From NCBI GenBank assembly GCA_900751885.1, contig CAADTH010000050.1, positions 132,431 to 164,430 on the forward strand: 32,000 bases of DNA. The letters are read 5' to 3'. The translations under genes were made by a program, and so were the position numbers. How positions within the stretch are numbered: position 1 is the first letter of the stretch; every line of letters starts with the position of its first letter. Below the pieces are notes generated by a model. It was not told the DNA's origin and made no database searches. It saw only the letters and a list, made by a program, of their open reading frames with translations. The stretch comes from Clostridia bacterium (GTDB lineage Bacteria; Bacillota; Clostridia; UBA1381). Positions 1-8,916 of this stretch are shown here, in pieces.

Positions 1-3000
1 TATGTAAAAAAATATGGATACTTAAACTCTCGTGTCAATAAATTAGCATTCAGAGATGACTGCGACTACCCTCTCCTTTGTTCTCTGGAAAATGCTACTG
101 AAAATAATCAATTTGTAAAATCTGATATATTTACAAAGCCAACAATACGACCAACATATAAAGTAACAAAAGTGGATACGGCTTCAGATGCACTATCACT
201 GTCATTATCCGAACGTGGATATATTGATATTGAATTTATGGCAACACTATATCAAGTACCAATGCCAAATATTATTGAAGAATTAAAGGGAATTATATAT
301 CTAAATCCTACTAAATATGACCCCAATAATATAACTATAGGGTATGAAACAGCGGACGAGTATTTATCAGGAGATGTCAGAGAAAAATTAGAATTAGCAA
401 AAATATATGCTGAGAAAAACCCTGATTTATTTCATGATAATGTTGTTTGTCTTGAAAAAGTACAACCCAAGGATTTAACAGCAAACGAAATTGATGTTAA
501 ATTAGGAGTTCAATGGATTGAAAATGAGGACTATGAAAAATTTATGTATGAAACTTTTCATACACCTAAATATTATCAAGAAAAAGATGATAAAGATAAA
601 ATTTCTATAGTCAAAAGTAACTTTAATGGGACATATGAAATAATCAATAAAAGAGTTGATTGGAATATTTCTGTAACAGAAACTTATGGTACTAGTCGCA
701 TAAACGCTTATGAAATTTTAGAATCAACATTGAATCTACAATCAGTAACTATAAAAGACCGTGTAAACAATCCTGATGGAACTTACTATTATAAGATAAA
801 TCAGAAAGATACCATGTTAGCACGAGAAAAACAACAGCAGATAAAAGATTGCTTTAAAGAATGGATTTTTGCTGATATTGATAGACGTAAAAAATATGTT
901 GATTACTACAATGAAAACTTTAACAATATTCGTTTAAGAACTTATAATGGTGACCACTTTAAATTTGAAGGTATGAATCCTGACATAGTATTAAGAAAAC
1001 ATCAAAAAGATGCTATTGCACGCATACTCTATTCTAAAACTAATACACTACTTGCTCATGTAGTTGGGGCTGGCAAGACTTTTGTCATGGTTGCAAGTTG
1101 CATGGAACTACGCCGATTACAGATAGCTAAAAAGCCTATGCTTGTAGTTCCAAATCATTTAACTAAACAAACAGGTATTGAATTTCTAAGATTATATCCG
1201 TCTGCTAATATTTTAGTTACAACAAAAAAAGACTTTGAAAAAAACAACCGATTGAAATTTGTATCGAAAATTGCTACTGGAGATTGGGATTGTATAGTTA
1301 TAGGACAGTCACAATTTGAACGAATTACAATGTCTAAAGAACGTCAAATGGCATTATTAGAAAAACAAATCAATGAGATAATGCACGGAATAATTGATAT
1401 TAAAGCAGAAGATGGTAAGAAATGGGCTATAAAAGATATGGAACGACAAAGAAAATCATTAGAACAACAATTAAATGAACTTTTAGATGATAGTAAAAAA
1501 GATAATATATTAACCTTTGAAACTTTAGGAATAGATTATCTTTTTGTGGATGAAGCACATCATTATAAAAACTGTTCTATATTTAGTAAAATGCGTAATG
1601 TCGCTGGAATTACCCAAGCCAAATCAAAAAAGTCTATGGATATGTTATTAAAATGTAAATATCTTCAAGAAATTAATAATGGAAAGGGGATAGTATTTGC
1701 AACTGGCACACCAATCAGTAATAGTATGACAGAAATGTTCGTAATGCAACGATATTTAGACCCCGTTGAACTTGAAAAACGAGGTTTACAATATTTTGAT
1801 TCCTGGGCTTCACAATTCGGTGAGGTTGTTACATCATTAGAACTTGCACCTGAAGGAACAGGATATAGACTACGTAACCGATTTTCAAAATTTGTTAACC
1901 TTCCAGAACTTGTTAATATGTTTCGGAATTTTGCAGATGTACAAACTGCTGATATGTTGAATTTACCAACTCCCTCACTAAAAGGAGAAAAATATAATAT
2001 AGTTAAGTGTCAACCGAGTGAATTTATGCTTAATGAAATGCAAAACTATGTAGAAAGAGCAAAATTAATTCGTGATGGATTAGATAATTCTATTGATAAT
2101 ATGTTAAAAGTTACAAATGAAGCTCGTCAATTATCAACTGACCAGCGTTTAATAGATGCTACACTGGAAAATACTCCTGATTCAAAAGTTAGTAAATGCG
2201 CTGATGATGTATATACACATTATATAGAATCAGAAGATACAAAGGGAACCCAAATTATATTTAGTGATATAGGTACACCAAGAAATGGGTTTAATGTATA
2301 TGATGCCTTAAAATCTGAATTGATTGCACGAGGAATTCCAGAAAATGAAATTGCTTATATTCATGATGCTAATAATGAGGTTCAACGTGAAAATTTATTT
2401 TCAAATATGCGTAATGGAGTTATCCGAGTTTTAATAGGTTCTACAGCCAAAATGGGAACAGGTACAAATGTTCAGGATAGACTTATCGCCTTATCACATC
2501 TGGATTGTCCGTATCGACCATCAGATATTGAACAACGAGAAGGACGCATTTTACGTCAAGGAAATATCTATCCCGAAGTATATATTAATCGTTACGTAAC
2601 AACAAATACTTTTGATGCGTATATGTGGCAAATTGTAGAAAACAAACAACGTTTTATTAGTCAAATAATGACCAGCCATTCAGTAGCTCGTGAATGTGAG
2701 GATATTGATGAATCAGTATTAAGTTTCGCTGAGGTTAAAGCTATTGCCTCTGGCGATAGTAGAATTAAAGAAAAAATGAATTTAGAGATAGAGGTTCAAA
2801 GATTACAATTACTAAAATCTTCTTATGATAAGCAACGATATACTCTACAAGAAAAAATTTTAGTAAATTATCCCCAACAAATTGCAAAACTTAAAGAATT
2901 ACTTGAAGGTTATATCAAAGACAAAGAATGTAGAAATACAAATGCTCTATCAGAATTTTTTATTAAACTAGGTAATTTAGAATTTGATAATAAAGAGACT

Positions 3001-4137
3001 GCTGGAAAGTGGATAATGACAAAAATGTTTACTACAAAATATGGAATTGAAGATATAAAAATCGGTACATATAAAGGCTTTAATATATACTTAACATCAC
3101 CCAAATCATTTATAGATAGTAATGAACTTATTTTACGAAATAATATGAGTTATCATGTTGACATTGGAAAAAGTGAAAGCGGTATTATTACCCGAATTGA
3201 TAATCAATTAAAAAGTATCGACAATTTAATAGCAAATACTGAGAAAAAAATATCTGAATTAGAAAAAAATATAGTTTTAGCTGAACAAGAATACAATACC
3301 CCATTTAAACACGATGATTTATTAAAAGAAAAATCTCAACGTCTACAAATTTTAAATAATGAACTTGATTTAAGTAAGCAAGAAGATGTTGTTGTTTATG
3401 ACGAAAACTTAAAGGAGAAAAATAATGAAGAAGAACTTTACCAAGAACAGGACAGACATTCTGAAAATAATGACGATGAACAAAATCTCACGCAAACAGA
3501 TTATCAAAAAAACACCGAGAATACGGAACATCAATCCCAGATAGAAAAAAAGCTCAAGATGCCTAATTTCTATAAAGGTATCAATTCTTATGATGAAAAT
3601 ACAGTTAATTTTCAAAATATAAAACCAATTAAATTAAAAGAAAATCCACTCGTATCTGCAAAAGAACCACTTCTGAACAAAAATTGTTCTATAATTGAAA
3701 ATTGGAATGAAATACATGAATTTAATAAATATCGTGAAATTAAAGCTATGATTACTCATATAGTTGAAATGAGTGGTCCACAATGGGCAGAATTCACACA
3801 AAATCTACTTGATAGCTATGAATTTCTTAAAGGTACTGGCGGCAGTGCCTCCACATATGAAATTCCACAGAAATATTCAGAAATTAACAACTTTTATTAT
3901 TTACCAAAAGATATACAAGAAGAATTTACAAAACAATCTTATAAAACATGTGTACTTGTTGTCAATTCATGTAATAATCATCAACTACTAATTGATGCAC
4001 AAGGATATGATTATGCCAGATATGCAAGTGAAACTAATGAATATATTGATGTAGATAAATTAAAAAAAGAATATAGTATTCTCTTGATTAATAATAATAC
4101 TTGCGCTGTAGATGATGAAGATGAATTAGAAATGTAA
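1..4137 (+). CDS. 3' part (about 1378 codons) of a giant polyvalent conjugative-element protein: SNF2/SF2 helicase module, coiled-coil region, acidic linker and C-terminal extension domain. The 5' end lies upstream of the window.
   Basis: Frame 1 has no stop from nt 1, so the GTG at 172 in the ORF track is not the true start. Helicase motifs read directly: [10 protein letters not shown] (motif I), [10 protein letters not shown] (DEAH, II), ATGTPISNS (III), [13 protein letters not shown] (V), [11 protein letters not shown] (VI). The size and position beside the relaxase/T4SS genes match the large helicase (often methylase-helicase) proteins of ICEs and plasmids. Confidence 0.85.
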   Translation, partial: YVKKYGYLNSRVNKLAFRDDCDYPLLCSLENATENNQFVKSDIFTKPTIRPTYKVTKVDTASDALSLSLSERGYIDIEFMATLYQVPMPNIIEELKGIIYLNPTKYDPNNITIGYETADEYLSGDVREKLELAKIYAEKNPDLFHDNVVCLEKVQPKDLTANEIDVKLGVQWIENEDYEKFMYETFHTPKYYQEKDDKDKISIVKSNFNGTYEIINKRVDWNISVTETYGTSRINAYEILESTLNLQSVTIKDRVNNPDGTYYYKINQKDTMLAREKQQQIKDCFKEWIFADIDRRKKYVDYYNENFNNIRLRTYNGDHFKFEGMNPDIVLRKHQKDAIARILYSKTNTLLAHVVGAGKTFVMVASCMELRRLQIAKKPMLVVPNHLTKQTGIEFLRLYPSANILVTTKKDFEKNNRLKFVSKIATGDWDCIVIGQSQFERITMSKERQMALLEKQINEIMHGIIDIKAEDGKKWAIKDMERQRKSLEQQLNELLDDSKKDNILTFETLGIDYLFVDEAHHYKNCSIFSKMRNVAGITQAKSKKSMDMLLKCKYLQEINNGKGIVFATGTPISNSMTEMFVMQRYLDPVELEKRGLQYFDSWASQFGEVVTSLELAPEGTGYRLRNRFSKFVNLPELVNMFRNFADVQTADMLNLPTPSLKGEKYNIVKCQPSEFMLNEMQNYVERAKLIRDGLDNSIDNMLKVTNEARQLSTDQRLIDATLENTPDSKVSKCADDVYTHYIESEDTKGTQIIFSDIGTPRNGFNVYDALKSELIARGIPENEIAYIHDANNEVQRENLFSNMRNGVIRVLIGSTAKMGTGTNVQDRLIALSHLDCPYRPSDIEQREGRILRQGNIYPEVYINRYVTTNTFDAYMWQIVENKQRFISQIMTSHSVARECEDIDESVLSFAEVKAIASGDSRIKEKMNLEIEVQRLQLLKSSYDKQRYTLQEKILVNYPQQIAKLKELLEGYIKDKECRNTNALSEFFIKLGNLEFDNKETAGKWIMTKMFTTKYGIEDIKIGTYKGFNIYLTSPKSFIDSNELILRNNMSYHVDIGKSESGIITRIDNQLKSIDNLIANTEKKISELEKNIVLAEQEYNTPFKHDDLLKEKSQRLQILNNELDLSKQEDVVVYDENLKEKNNEEELYQEQDRHSENNDDEQNLTQTDYQKNTENTEHQSQIEKKLKMPNFYKGINSYDENTVNFQNIKPIKLKENPLVSAKEPLLNKNCSIIENWNEIHEFNKYREIKAMITHIVEMSGPQWAEFTQNLLDSYEFLKGTGGSASTYEIPQKYSEINNFYYLPKDIQEEFTKQSYKTCVLVVNSCNNHQLLIDAQGYDYARYASETNEYIDVDKLKKEYSILLINNNTCAVDDEDELEM

Positions 4138-4167
4138 CCTCGTGTAATTTTTGCACAAGGTTTTTTT
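4136..4167 (+). terminator. Copy 1 of the 26-nt palindromic element (AACCTCGTGTAATTTTTGCACAAGGT) followed by a T7 run; looks like an intrinsic terminator or attenuator.
   Basis: The hairpin arms ACCTCGTG / CACAAGGT have one mismatch. The element begins inside the TAA stop (4135-4137) and TTTTTTT follows immediately at 4162-4167. Confidence 0.6.
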
Positions 4168-4182
4168 ATTGGAGAGGATTTT

Positions 4183-5418
4183 ATGAAAAAAAGATTTACA
4201 GAGGAACAATTTCAAAAAGCATTAAAAGTACCGTTAGTACCCTTCATGCAACAACGTGGCTATAACCTTATTCAAAAGAGTAATGAATATCGTTGGAAAG
4301 ACCACGATAGTTTTGTAGTCAGTAATAACAAATGGCATTGGTTTAGTCGTGGAATGGGTGGTAATGTTATTAGTCTACTAACACGTGTAGAAAACATGGA
4401 TATGGTAGATGCTGTTTTATTACTAAATGAAGATGAATTAAATAATCATTATGAATCTATTCCACTTACAAATAATCAGGACTATCATAAACGAACATCA
4501 CAAAACATTGAATTAATTTCACCAAATAAAAATGAAACAAATAAACATATTGTTGCCTATCTTAATCAAATACGTGGTATTAGTATGAATATATTATATG
4601 ATGCCATCAATAGAAAACAACTTTACGAAAACAAAGAATTTTATGCAACAACGTGTACAAATATAGATGAAGATGGTGTAATACATCAAAAATCATTAAA
4701 AATAATTGACACTCCTACTCTGCAAAAACTTCAAAAATTTGGTCTGATTGAAAATGTGAATAAAAATATTTTTGGTATGGTATTATGCGAAGATAAGAAA
4801 AAAAATATAAAATATATGGTTGTTGAAAATGCAAATATAGCAACATTGGATGATTTAAAAAAACAAAATTTTATTGAAAAATACTCAATAGTCTATAATT
4901 GTGTATTTGCTGGAACTGATGATTCAGGAGTTTTGCGTTTTGCATCATTACGTGGAGCAAGCCAGTACAGCACCTTTAAAAAAGATTTAATAAACTCTAA
5001 TAAAGAGTACGTACCAATCATGCAAGGTAGAAGCAATACTGTATATGTGTTTGAAGCACCTATAGACATGTACAGTCATGCAACACTTTTTGAATCGTCA
5101 GGATTGGATTGGAAAAAAGATTATAGACTGTTTTTATCAGGAGTTAGTCCGATAGCGTTAGACCATTTTCTTGAATCTCACACGAATATTAATAATATTG
5201 GGTTTTGTCTGGATAACGATGAAACGGGACATGACACAGCGAAAAAATTTATGGAAATTTATTCTGATAGAGGTTACAATGTCAAAGCTTTTTTTCCAAA
5301 AACAAAAGACTATAATCAAGATTTAATTAATTGGAGGTCAAATCCTGTAAAACCATACTACATTGTAAAACACATACCTTCAATATCACAGATAAGTGAT
5401 GATGAAATAGAACTATAA
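4183..5418 (+). CDS. DUF3991/Toprim-domain protein (primase-like or topoisomerase-primase-fold DNA-processing protein of conjugative elements).
   Basis: SD GGAGAGG lies upstream of the ATG. The N-terminal region (YRWKDHDSFVVSNNKWHWFSRGMGGNVISLL) resembles the primase-like N-termini of ICE Toprim proteins. The C-terminal Toprim-like acidic motifs are FEAPIDMYS and CLDNDETGHDTAKKF. Confidence 0.7.
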   Translation: MKKRFTEEQFQKALKVPLVPFMQQRGYNLIQKSNEYRWKDHDSFVVSNNKWHWFSRGMGGNVISLLTRVENMDMVDAVLLLNEDELNNHYESIPLTNNQDYHKRTSQNIELISPNKNETNKHIVAYLNQIRGISMNILYDAINRKQLYENKEFYATTCTNIDEDGVIHQKSLKIIDTPTLQKLQKFGLIENVNKNIFGMVLCEDKKKNIKYMVVENANIATLDDLKKQNFIEKYSIVYNCVFAGTDDSGVLRFASLRGASQYSTFKKDLINSNKEYVPIMQGRSNTVYVFEAPIDMYSHATLFESSGLDWKKDYRLFLSGVSPIALDHFLESHTNINNIGFCLDNDETGHDTAKKFMEIYSDRGYNVKAFFPKTKDYNQDLINWRSNPVKPYYIVKHIPSISQISDDEIEL

Positions 5419-5442
5419 ATCTTATGCAATTCTGCACAAGGA
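5418..5442 (+). repeat. Copy 2 (degenerate, 25 nt) of the palindromic element: AATCTTATGCAATTCTGCACAAGGA.
   Basis: It starts at the last base of the TAA stop. The left arm matches the consensus at 8/10 positions, the right arm GCACAAGG is intact, and the loop is 1 nt shorter. Confidence 0.5.
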
Positions 5443-5468
5443 TTAATAAATAGAAAGGAATTATAAAA

Positions 5469-6098
5469 ATGTCATTTCATAATTTACCATACTTTAGTAT
5501 GTGGGGTAAAATTCAACATTGCAAGGAAATTGGAGATAATATTTATAGCGTTATTACAGCAGGACATGGAGGTATCATGATACCTACCGATATAGCTAAG
5601 CAAATTTTATCAAATAAAGCATTAATTAACGGTGTGGTTGAAGATGGTTACATACAATATGAAAAATATGCAAAAGAAATAAATCTAAAAGACATAGAAA
5701 AATATGGTAAGTATTGGTTGCCTGAGTATTTTGGGAATTATCTACCCCCTATTGAATCACCTACGGGAGATATAAAAAACATTTATGAATTATCAAATGG
5801 AGTTTTCCTAATTGAAAATGATAACGGATTAGAATTAGCAGTTCACAAGGAAAAAAGTAAATATATGCGTTATCAAAACAATGAATTGGGAGATTATAAA
5901 TATTTTCGTGAGTTTAATCCAGCCTTATTAGATAGACTATGTATAAATGAAAATTCTGATATTAAACATAAAATACAACAAATAACTGATGATTTAGGAG
6001 TTGATTCTCCTGTTATACAAAAAACAATCGAGAAATCCCAGAATATAGAAAATAAAATTGTGGCTGAAATAGAAGAAGATGAAGAACTATCAATTTAA
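5469..6098 (+). CDS. Conserved hypothetical protein with a WG...T(A)GHGG motif.
   Basis: SD AAAGGAA lies upstream of the ATG. The N-terminal MWGKIQHCKEIGDNIYSVITAGHGGIMIP resembles a domain of unknown function that I recall seeing on conjugative plasmids, but I cannot confirm the family name. The protein ends in the acidic tail EEDEELSI. Confidence 0.55.
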   Translation: MSFHNLPYFSMWGKIQHCKEIGDNIYSVITAGHGGIMIPTDIAKQILSNKALINGVVEDGYIQYEKYAKEINLKDIEKYGKYWLPEYFGNYLPPIESPTGDIKNIYELSNGVFLIENDNGLELAVHKEKSKYMRYQNNELGDYKYFREFNPALLDRLCINENSDIKHKIQQITDDLGVDSPVIQKTIEKSQNIENKIVAEIEEDEELSI

Positions 6099-6159
6099 TT
6101 TTCAGATATGTAAATTTATCTTTAGATGCAATAATCTTATAATAGTGTATTTTATATAT

Positions 6160-6260
6160 CGGCACGAAGTGACGGCAAGCTACTCATTTGTTGCACAAAC
6201 GCTTGATGGGCTTGCCCATACCCAAATAAATATATGGGTCTTACCCATACCCGCTAAAAA
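6160..6260 (+). other. Candidate origin of transfer (oriT), a GC-richer island directly upstream of mobC and the relaxase gene.
   Basis: Inverted repeat GGCAAGC (6174-6180) / GCTTGCC (6210-6216). Direct repeat TT[G/A]CCCATACCC at 6212-6223 and 6241-6252. Short palindrome ACCCA(N10)TGGGT at 6220-6239. The stretch is non-coding and lies where MobC/relaxase oriTs normally sit. The nick site cannot be assigned. Confidence 0.45.
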
Positions 6261-6274
6261 AACTGGAGGTACAC

Positions 6275-6595
6275 ATGAATAAAAATAAATATATCAGTTT
6301 TCGTGTAACTGAAAGTGAATACACCTTGATAAAATCTAAAGCAGAAAAAGCTGGTATGACAATATCAAAATTTGCAAGTAAATCCATATTAGGTCAAAAT
6401 ATCTATGTTATTAAAGGAGTTAAAGATTTTACACATCAATTATCAAAAATAGGAACAAATGTGAATCAGCTTGCAATCTTAGCTCATGATGGCAAATTAA
6501 AAGTAATTGATTTAAGTGAAACAAGAAAGGAGTTAAATATGATTTGGCAATCATTGAATTTATTAAGAAACCACCTAAAACAAAAGCAGGATTAA
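6275..6595 (+). CDS. mobC: MobC-family relaxosome accessory protein.
   Basis: SD GGAGG lies 6 nt upstream of the ATG. YISFRVTESEYTLIKSKAEKAGMTISKFASKSILG followed by IGTNVNQLA is the typical MobC (RHH-like plus helical) signature. The gene lies immediately upstream of, and overlaps, the relaxase gene. Confidence 0.8.
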   Translation: MNKNKYISFRVTESEYTLIKSKAEKAGMTISKFASKSILGQNIYVIKGVKDFTHQLSKIGTNVNQLAILAHDGKLKVIDLSETRKELNMIWQSLNLLRNHLKQKQD

Positions 6596-7539
6596 GAAGA
6601 TTGATTAATTATATTACCAATCTCGAAAAGACACAAGAACATCTTATTGGCGGATATAATTGTGATAGTCAGAATGCTTATTTTGAATTTATGAATATAA
6701 AAGAAATTTATCACAAAACAGATGGGATACAAGCAAGACATTTTATCCAATCATTTAAACCTGATGAATCATTAACACCAGAGATTGCAAAGGAAATTGC
6801 CGACAAATTAGTTCAATACGCTGATTTTAAAGAATTCCAATTAGTATATGCTGTTCATGTCAACACTGAACATTTACATACACACTTTGTTATAAACTCA
6901 GTCAACAATGAGACAGGACTTAGGTGGCATCAAACAGACACAGAGCTTCAGGAATTAAAAAACTATTCTGATAAATTATGTGAAGAATACGGACTCAATA
7001 TAATTACAAAAAAAGAAAAAGGACATAGAAGTCAAGGAGAATATAGAAACCAAAAAAAATCATCAAGCTGGAAACATGAACTATTTCTAGCTGTCAAACA
7101 TTGTTCCTCTATTGCTATTAGTAAAGACGATTTTATTAACAAAATGGCTGATTTAGGATACAAAGTTTTATGGACTGATAAAAAATATATAACATTTATT
7201 ACACCAGATAATAAAAAATGTAGGAATAATAAGCTCTACCCACAAGACAGATTTTCTAAAGAAAAATTACTTGATATGTTTGAAAACAATAAACGTATAC
7301 AAGACGAGCGAATTAAAATAAGCAATCAAATTCAAAATGAATTAGAACGGAGAAAGCATTGGAATAACTTTCTGTCCGTTCTTTCTTTATTTTCAGGCTC
7401 AAATGATAAAAGAAATAAAAAAAACCACTATCCCCTTTCTTATTTGGAAGGTGAAGCATTGAAAGAAGAATTACTTAAATTACAAAATCAAGGTGAAATT
7501 AATTGGGATGATGATGACAACGAAGATTATGAACTATAG
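6544..7539 (+). CDS. MobA/VirD2-type relaxase (relaxase/mobilization nuclease domain), short 331-aa form.
   Basis: TTG start with SD AAGGAG upstream, overlapping the end of mobC. The histidine triad is HVNTEHLHTHFVINSV. The N-terminus MAIIEFIKK...LRRLINYITN is typical of this family. The protein ends in the acidic tail DDDDNEDYEL. Confidence 0.85.
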   Translation: MAIIEFIKKPPKTKAGLRRLINYITNLEKTQEHLIGGYNCDSQNAYFEFMNIKEIYHKTDGIQARHFIQSFKPDESLTPEIAKEIADKLVQYADFKEFQLVYAVHVNTEHLHTHFVINSVNNETGLRWHQTDTELQELKNYSDKLCEEYGLNIITKKEKGHRSQGEYRNQKKSSSWKHELFLAVKHCSSIAISKDDFINKMADLGYKVLWTDKKYITFITPDNKKCRNNKLYPQDRFSKEKLLDMFENNKRIQDERIKISNQIQNELERRKHWNNFLSVLSLFSGSNDKRNKKNHYPLSYLEGEALKEELLKLQNQGEINWDDDDNEDYEL

Positions 7540-7550
7540 GAGGATTAATA

Positions 7551-7829
7551 ATGAAACAATTTGTCAATGGGATATATTTTGCTGTGATTGAAATACACAA
7601 TAATGGTCACTTGAGTTATTTATTTGTTCCACAAGTATCCGTGGAACAAAATAAAATAAATAATTATTCTGATAAACAGTCTATATTAGTTACTTACTAT
7701 ATTTATGGAGGAACTAAACCAACAAGAGCCTGTAATATGGATGAATTGAGTTTTTTTAAAAATAATTTTATGACACTATTTTCAAATGGTCAACTATATG
7801 TTGCATCTAAAGAAAATTTAACACACTAA
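7551..7829 (+). CDS. Hypothetical 92-aa protein.
   Basis: SD AGGAGGA lies upstream of the ATG and the ORF is tightly packed in the operon. I recognise no motif. Confidence 0.5.
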   Translation: MKQFVNGIYFAVIEIHNNGHLSYLFVPQVSVEQNKINNYSDKQSILVTYYIYGGTKPTRACNMDELSFFKNNFMTLFSNGQLYVASKENLTH

Positions 7830-7853
7830 CCTTGTGCAAAATTTACACAAGGT
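7828..7853 (+). repeat. Copy 3 of the palindromic element: AACCTTGTGCAAAATTTACACAAGGT.
   Basis: It begins inside the TAA stop (7827-7829). The stem is 8 bp (ACCTTGTG/CACAAGGT). There is no T-run, and the SD of the next gene follows 6 nt later. Confidence 0.75.
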
Positions 7854-7871
7854 CTGAAAGGAGGAATTACT

Positions 7872-8324
7872 ATAAAAAAACGAAGTATAATAGCAATTAT
7901 CTTACTAATATCTACTATATTTTTAAATATTTATATCTCTACAATAATACATCAGTTACTTAGTAGTGGTTTTGAAAAAATTATTCTACCTCATTTTAAT
8001 GAATGTATAACCAGTATATCAGCAAACCGCCAGCATCTAATTATATTTTTAACAACTGAGTTATTCATTTTAATGGGGATTATACTATTATTATTTAATC
8101 GTTGGGGAGATTACGCAAGCAAAATGCAAACTATTACTAACGAAATAAAAACTCCTGTCCCAGCAGGACAAAAACAACATGGTTCAGCAAGGTGGTTATA
8201 TCCCAAAGAATATAAAACAACTTTTAATGTTGCAAAAGTTTTTAGATTTGACAAAAAAATAAAATATTTAATACAACATGGTCGGGATGATTTGGATTTT
8301 TTAAAAGGAGGTAAAAATGAATGA
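7872..8324 (+). CDS. N-terminal membrane segment of a VirD4/TraG-type coupling protein (T4CP), encoded as a separate ORF with an apparent non-canonical ATA start.
   Basis: The frame is open from 7830. GGAGG at 7860-7864 is followed 7 nt later by ATA at 7872. There is no ATG, GTG or TTG before 8073, and starting at 8073 would delete the first predicted TM helix. The translation gives two TM helices (IIAIILLISTIFLNIYISTII and LIIFLTTELFILMGIILLLF) followed by HGSARW, the conserved post-TM motif of VirD4/TraG proteins. Confidence 0.55.
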   Translation: MKKRSIIAIILLISTIFLNIYISTIIHQLLSSGFEKIILPHFNECITSISANRQHLIIFLTTELFILMGIILLLFNRWGDYASKMQTITNEIKTPVPAGQKQHGSARWLYPKEYKTTFNVAKVFRFDKKIKYLIQHGRDDLDFLKGGKNE

Positions 8325-8481
8325 ATTTGAAAAATTTGACCGTATGATGCGACAAAATAGAGGTATACGATTCCCTACATTCTCACCTGATTTCAAAAAG
8401 AAAAAACCAATAGATAAATCACATAAAAAAATAAACGATAGGAGCAAAATAGATGAAACTTCAAATTATAAAGATAAATAA
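8317..8481 (+). CDS. Possible small basic protein (54 aa).
   Basis: ATG at 8317 lies 5 nt after SD AAAGGAGGT and overlaps the stop of the preceding ORF. Translation: MNEFEKFDRMMRQNRGIRFPTFSPDFKKKKPIDKSHKKINDRSKIDETSNYKDK. It is too short to be in the supplied track, and no homology is recognisable. Confidence 0.25.
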   Translation: MNEFEKFDRMMRQNRGIRFPTFSPDFKKKKPIDKSHKKINDRSKIDETSNYKDK

Positions 8482-8902
8482 TACAATAGATTTTGGGCTT
8501 ATAAAAAATCATCCTTATCATAGTATTCCAGCAGGGCAAAAATTACGTATGGAATTTTTACATAATAATATACGAATTGGAACTATGTACTGGGTGAAAC
8601 CCTCATATATGACGGAATCACAAAATACTGTTTTAGAATTAAAACATATATGTTTTGTAAAAAATGTCCCATTTGACCTAAAACTAAAAGCTATAAAAAT
8701 GGCAAGAAAGTATATACGCAAACATTTACGGTTTATTAATGGACTTATTACAGTATGTAAAGAAGAGGAAATAATAACGAACAAATTATTTTCTAATGAT
8801 AATTGGTTTCCTATATTGCAACATATGATTCCACAGGTCACGAAATCTGATGATATTTGGGACGGATATACTGTTGAAAAAACGTTAGCTAGAACACCAT
8901 AA
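8453..8902 (+). CDS. 149-aa protein inserted between the two T4CP halves; possibly a GNAT/Mom-like acyltransferase fold (tentative).
   Basis: SD AGGAG lies 8 nt upstream of the ATG. The pattern NHPYHSIPAGQKLRMEF...IGTMYWVKPS...TVLELKHICF resembles the (H)HY..P.G...fg...G....P.....LEL.R signature I recall for Mom-like/GNAT-fold phage and plasmid proteins. This rests on memory of a motif, not on a search. Confidence 0.5.
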   Translation: MKLQIIKINNTIDFGLIKNHPYHSIPAGQKLRMEFLHNNIRIGTMYWVKPSYMTESQNTVLELKHICFVKNVPFDLKLKAIKMARKYIRKHLRFINGLITVCKEEEIITNKLFSNDNWFPILQHMIPQVTKSDDIWDGYTVEKTLARTP

Positions 8903-8916
8903 GGAGGTATACTGAT

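Noticed and set aside
3773-3991. Alternative-frame + strand ORFs nested inside large genes (3773-3991 and 22310-22522).
   Set aside because: They are embedded in well-supported longer ORFs in another frame and have no translation signals.
6079-6282. The 67-aa + strand ORF spanning the mobC-upstream intergenic region.
   Set aside because: It overlaps the repeat-rich candidate oriT, has no Shine-Dalgarno sequence, starts inside the previous gene and ends inside mobC. The region is better explained as non-coding regulatory DNA.
7551-8324. A possible read-through fusion of the 92-aa ORF with the T4CP N-terminal ORF. Both are in the same frame, separated only by TAA and the palindrome.
   Set aside because: A shared frame is expected by chance one time in three. 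A strong SD lies between the ORFs, and the 92-aa protein has no features of a T4CP. Nothing indicates programmed read-through.
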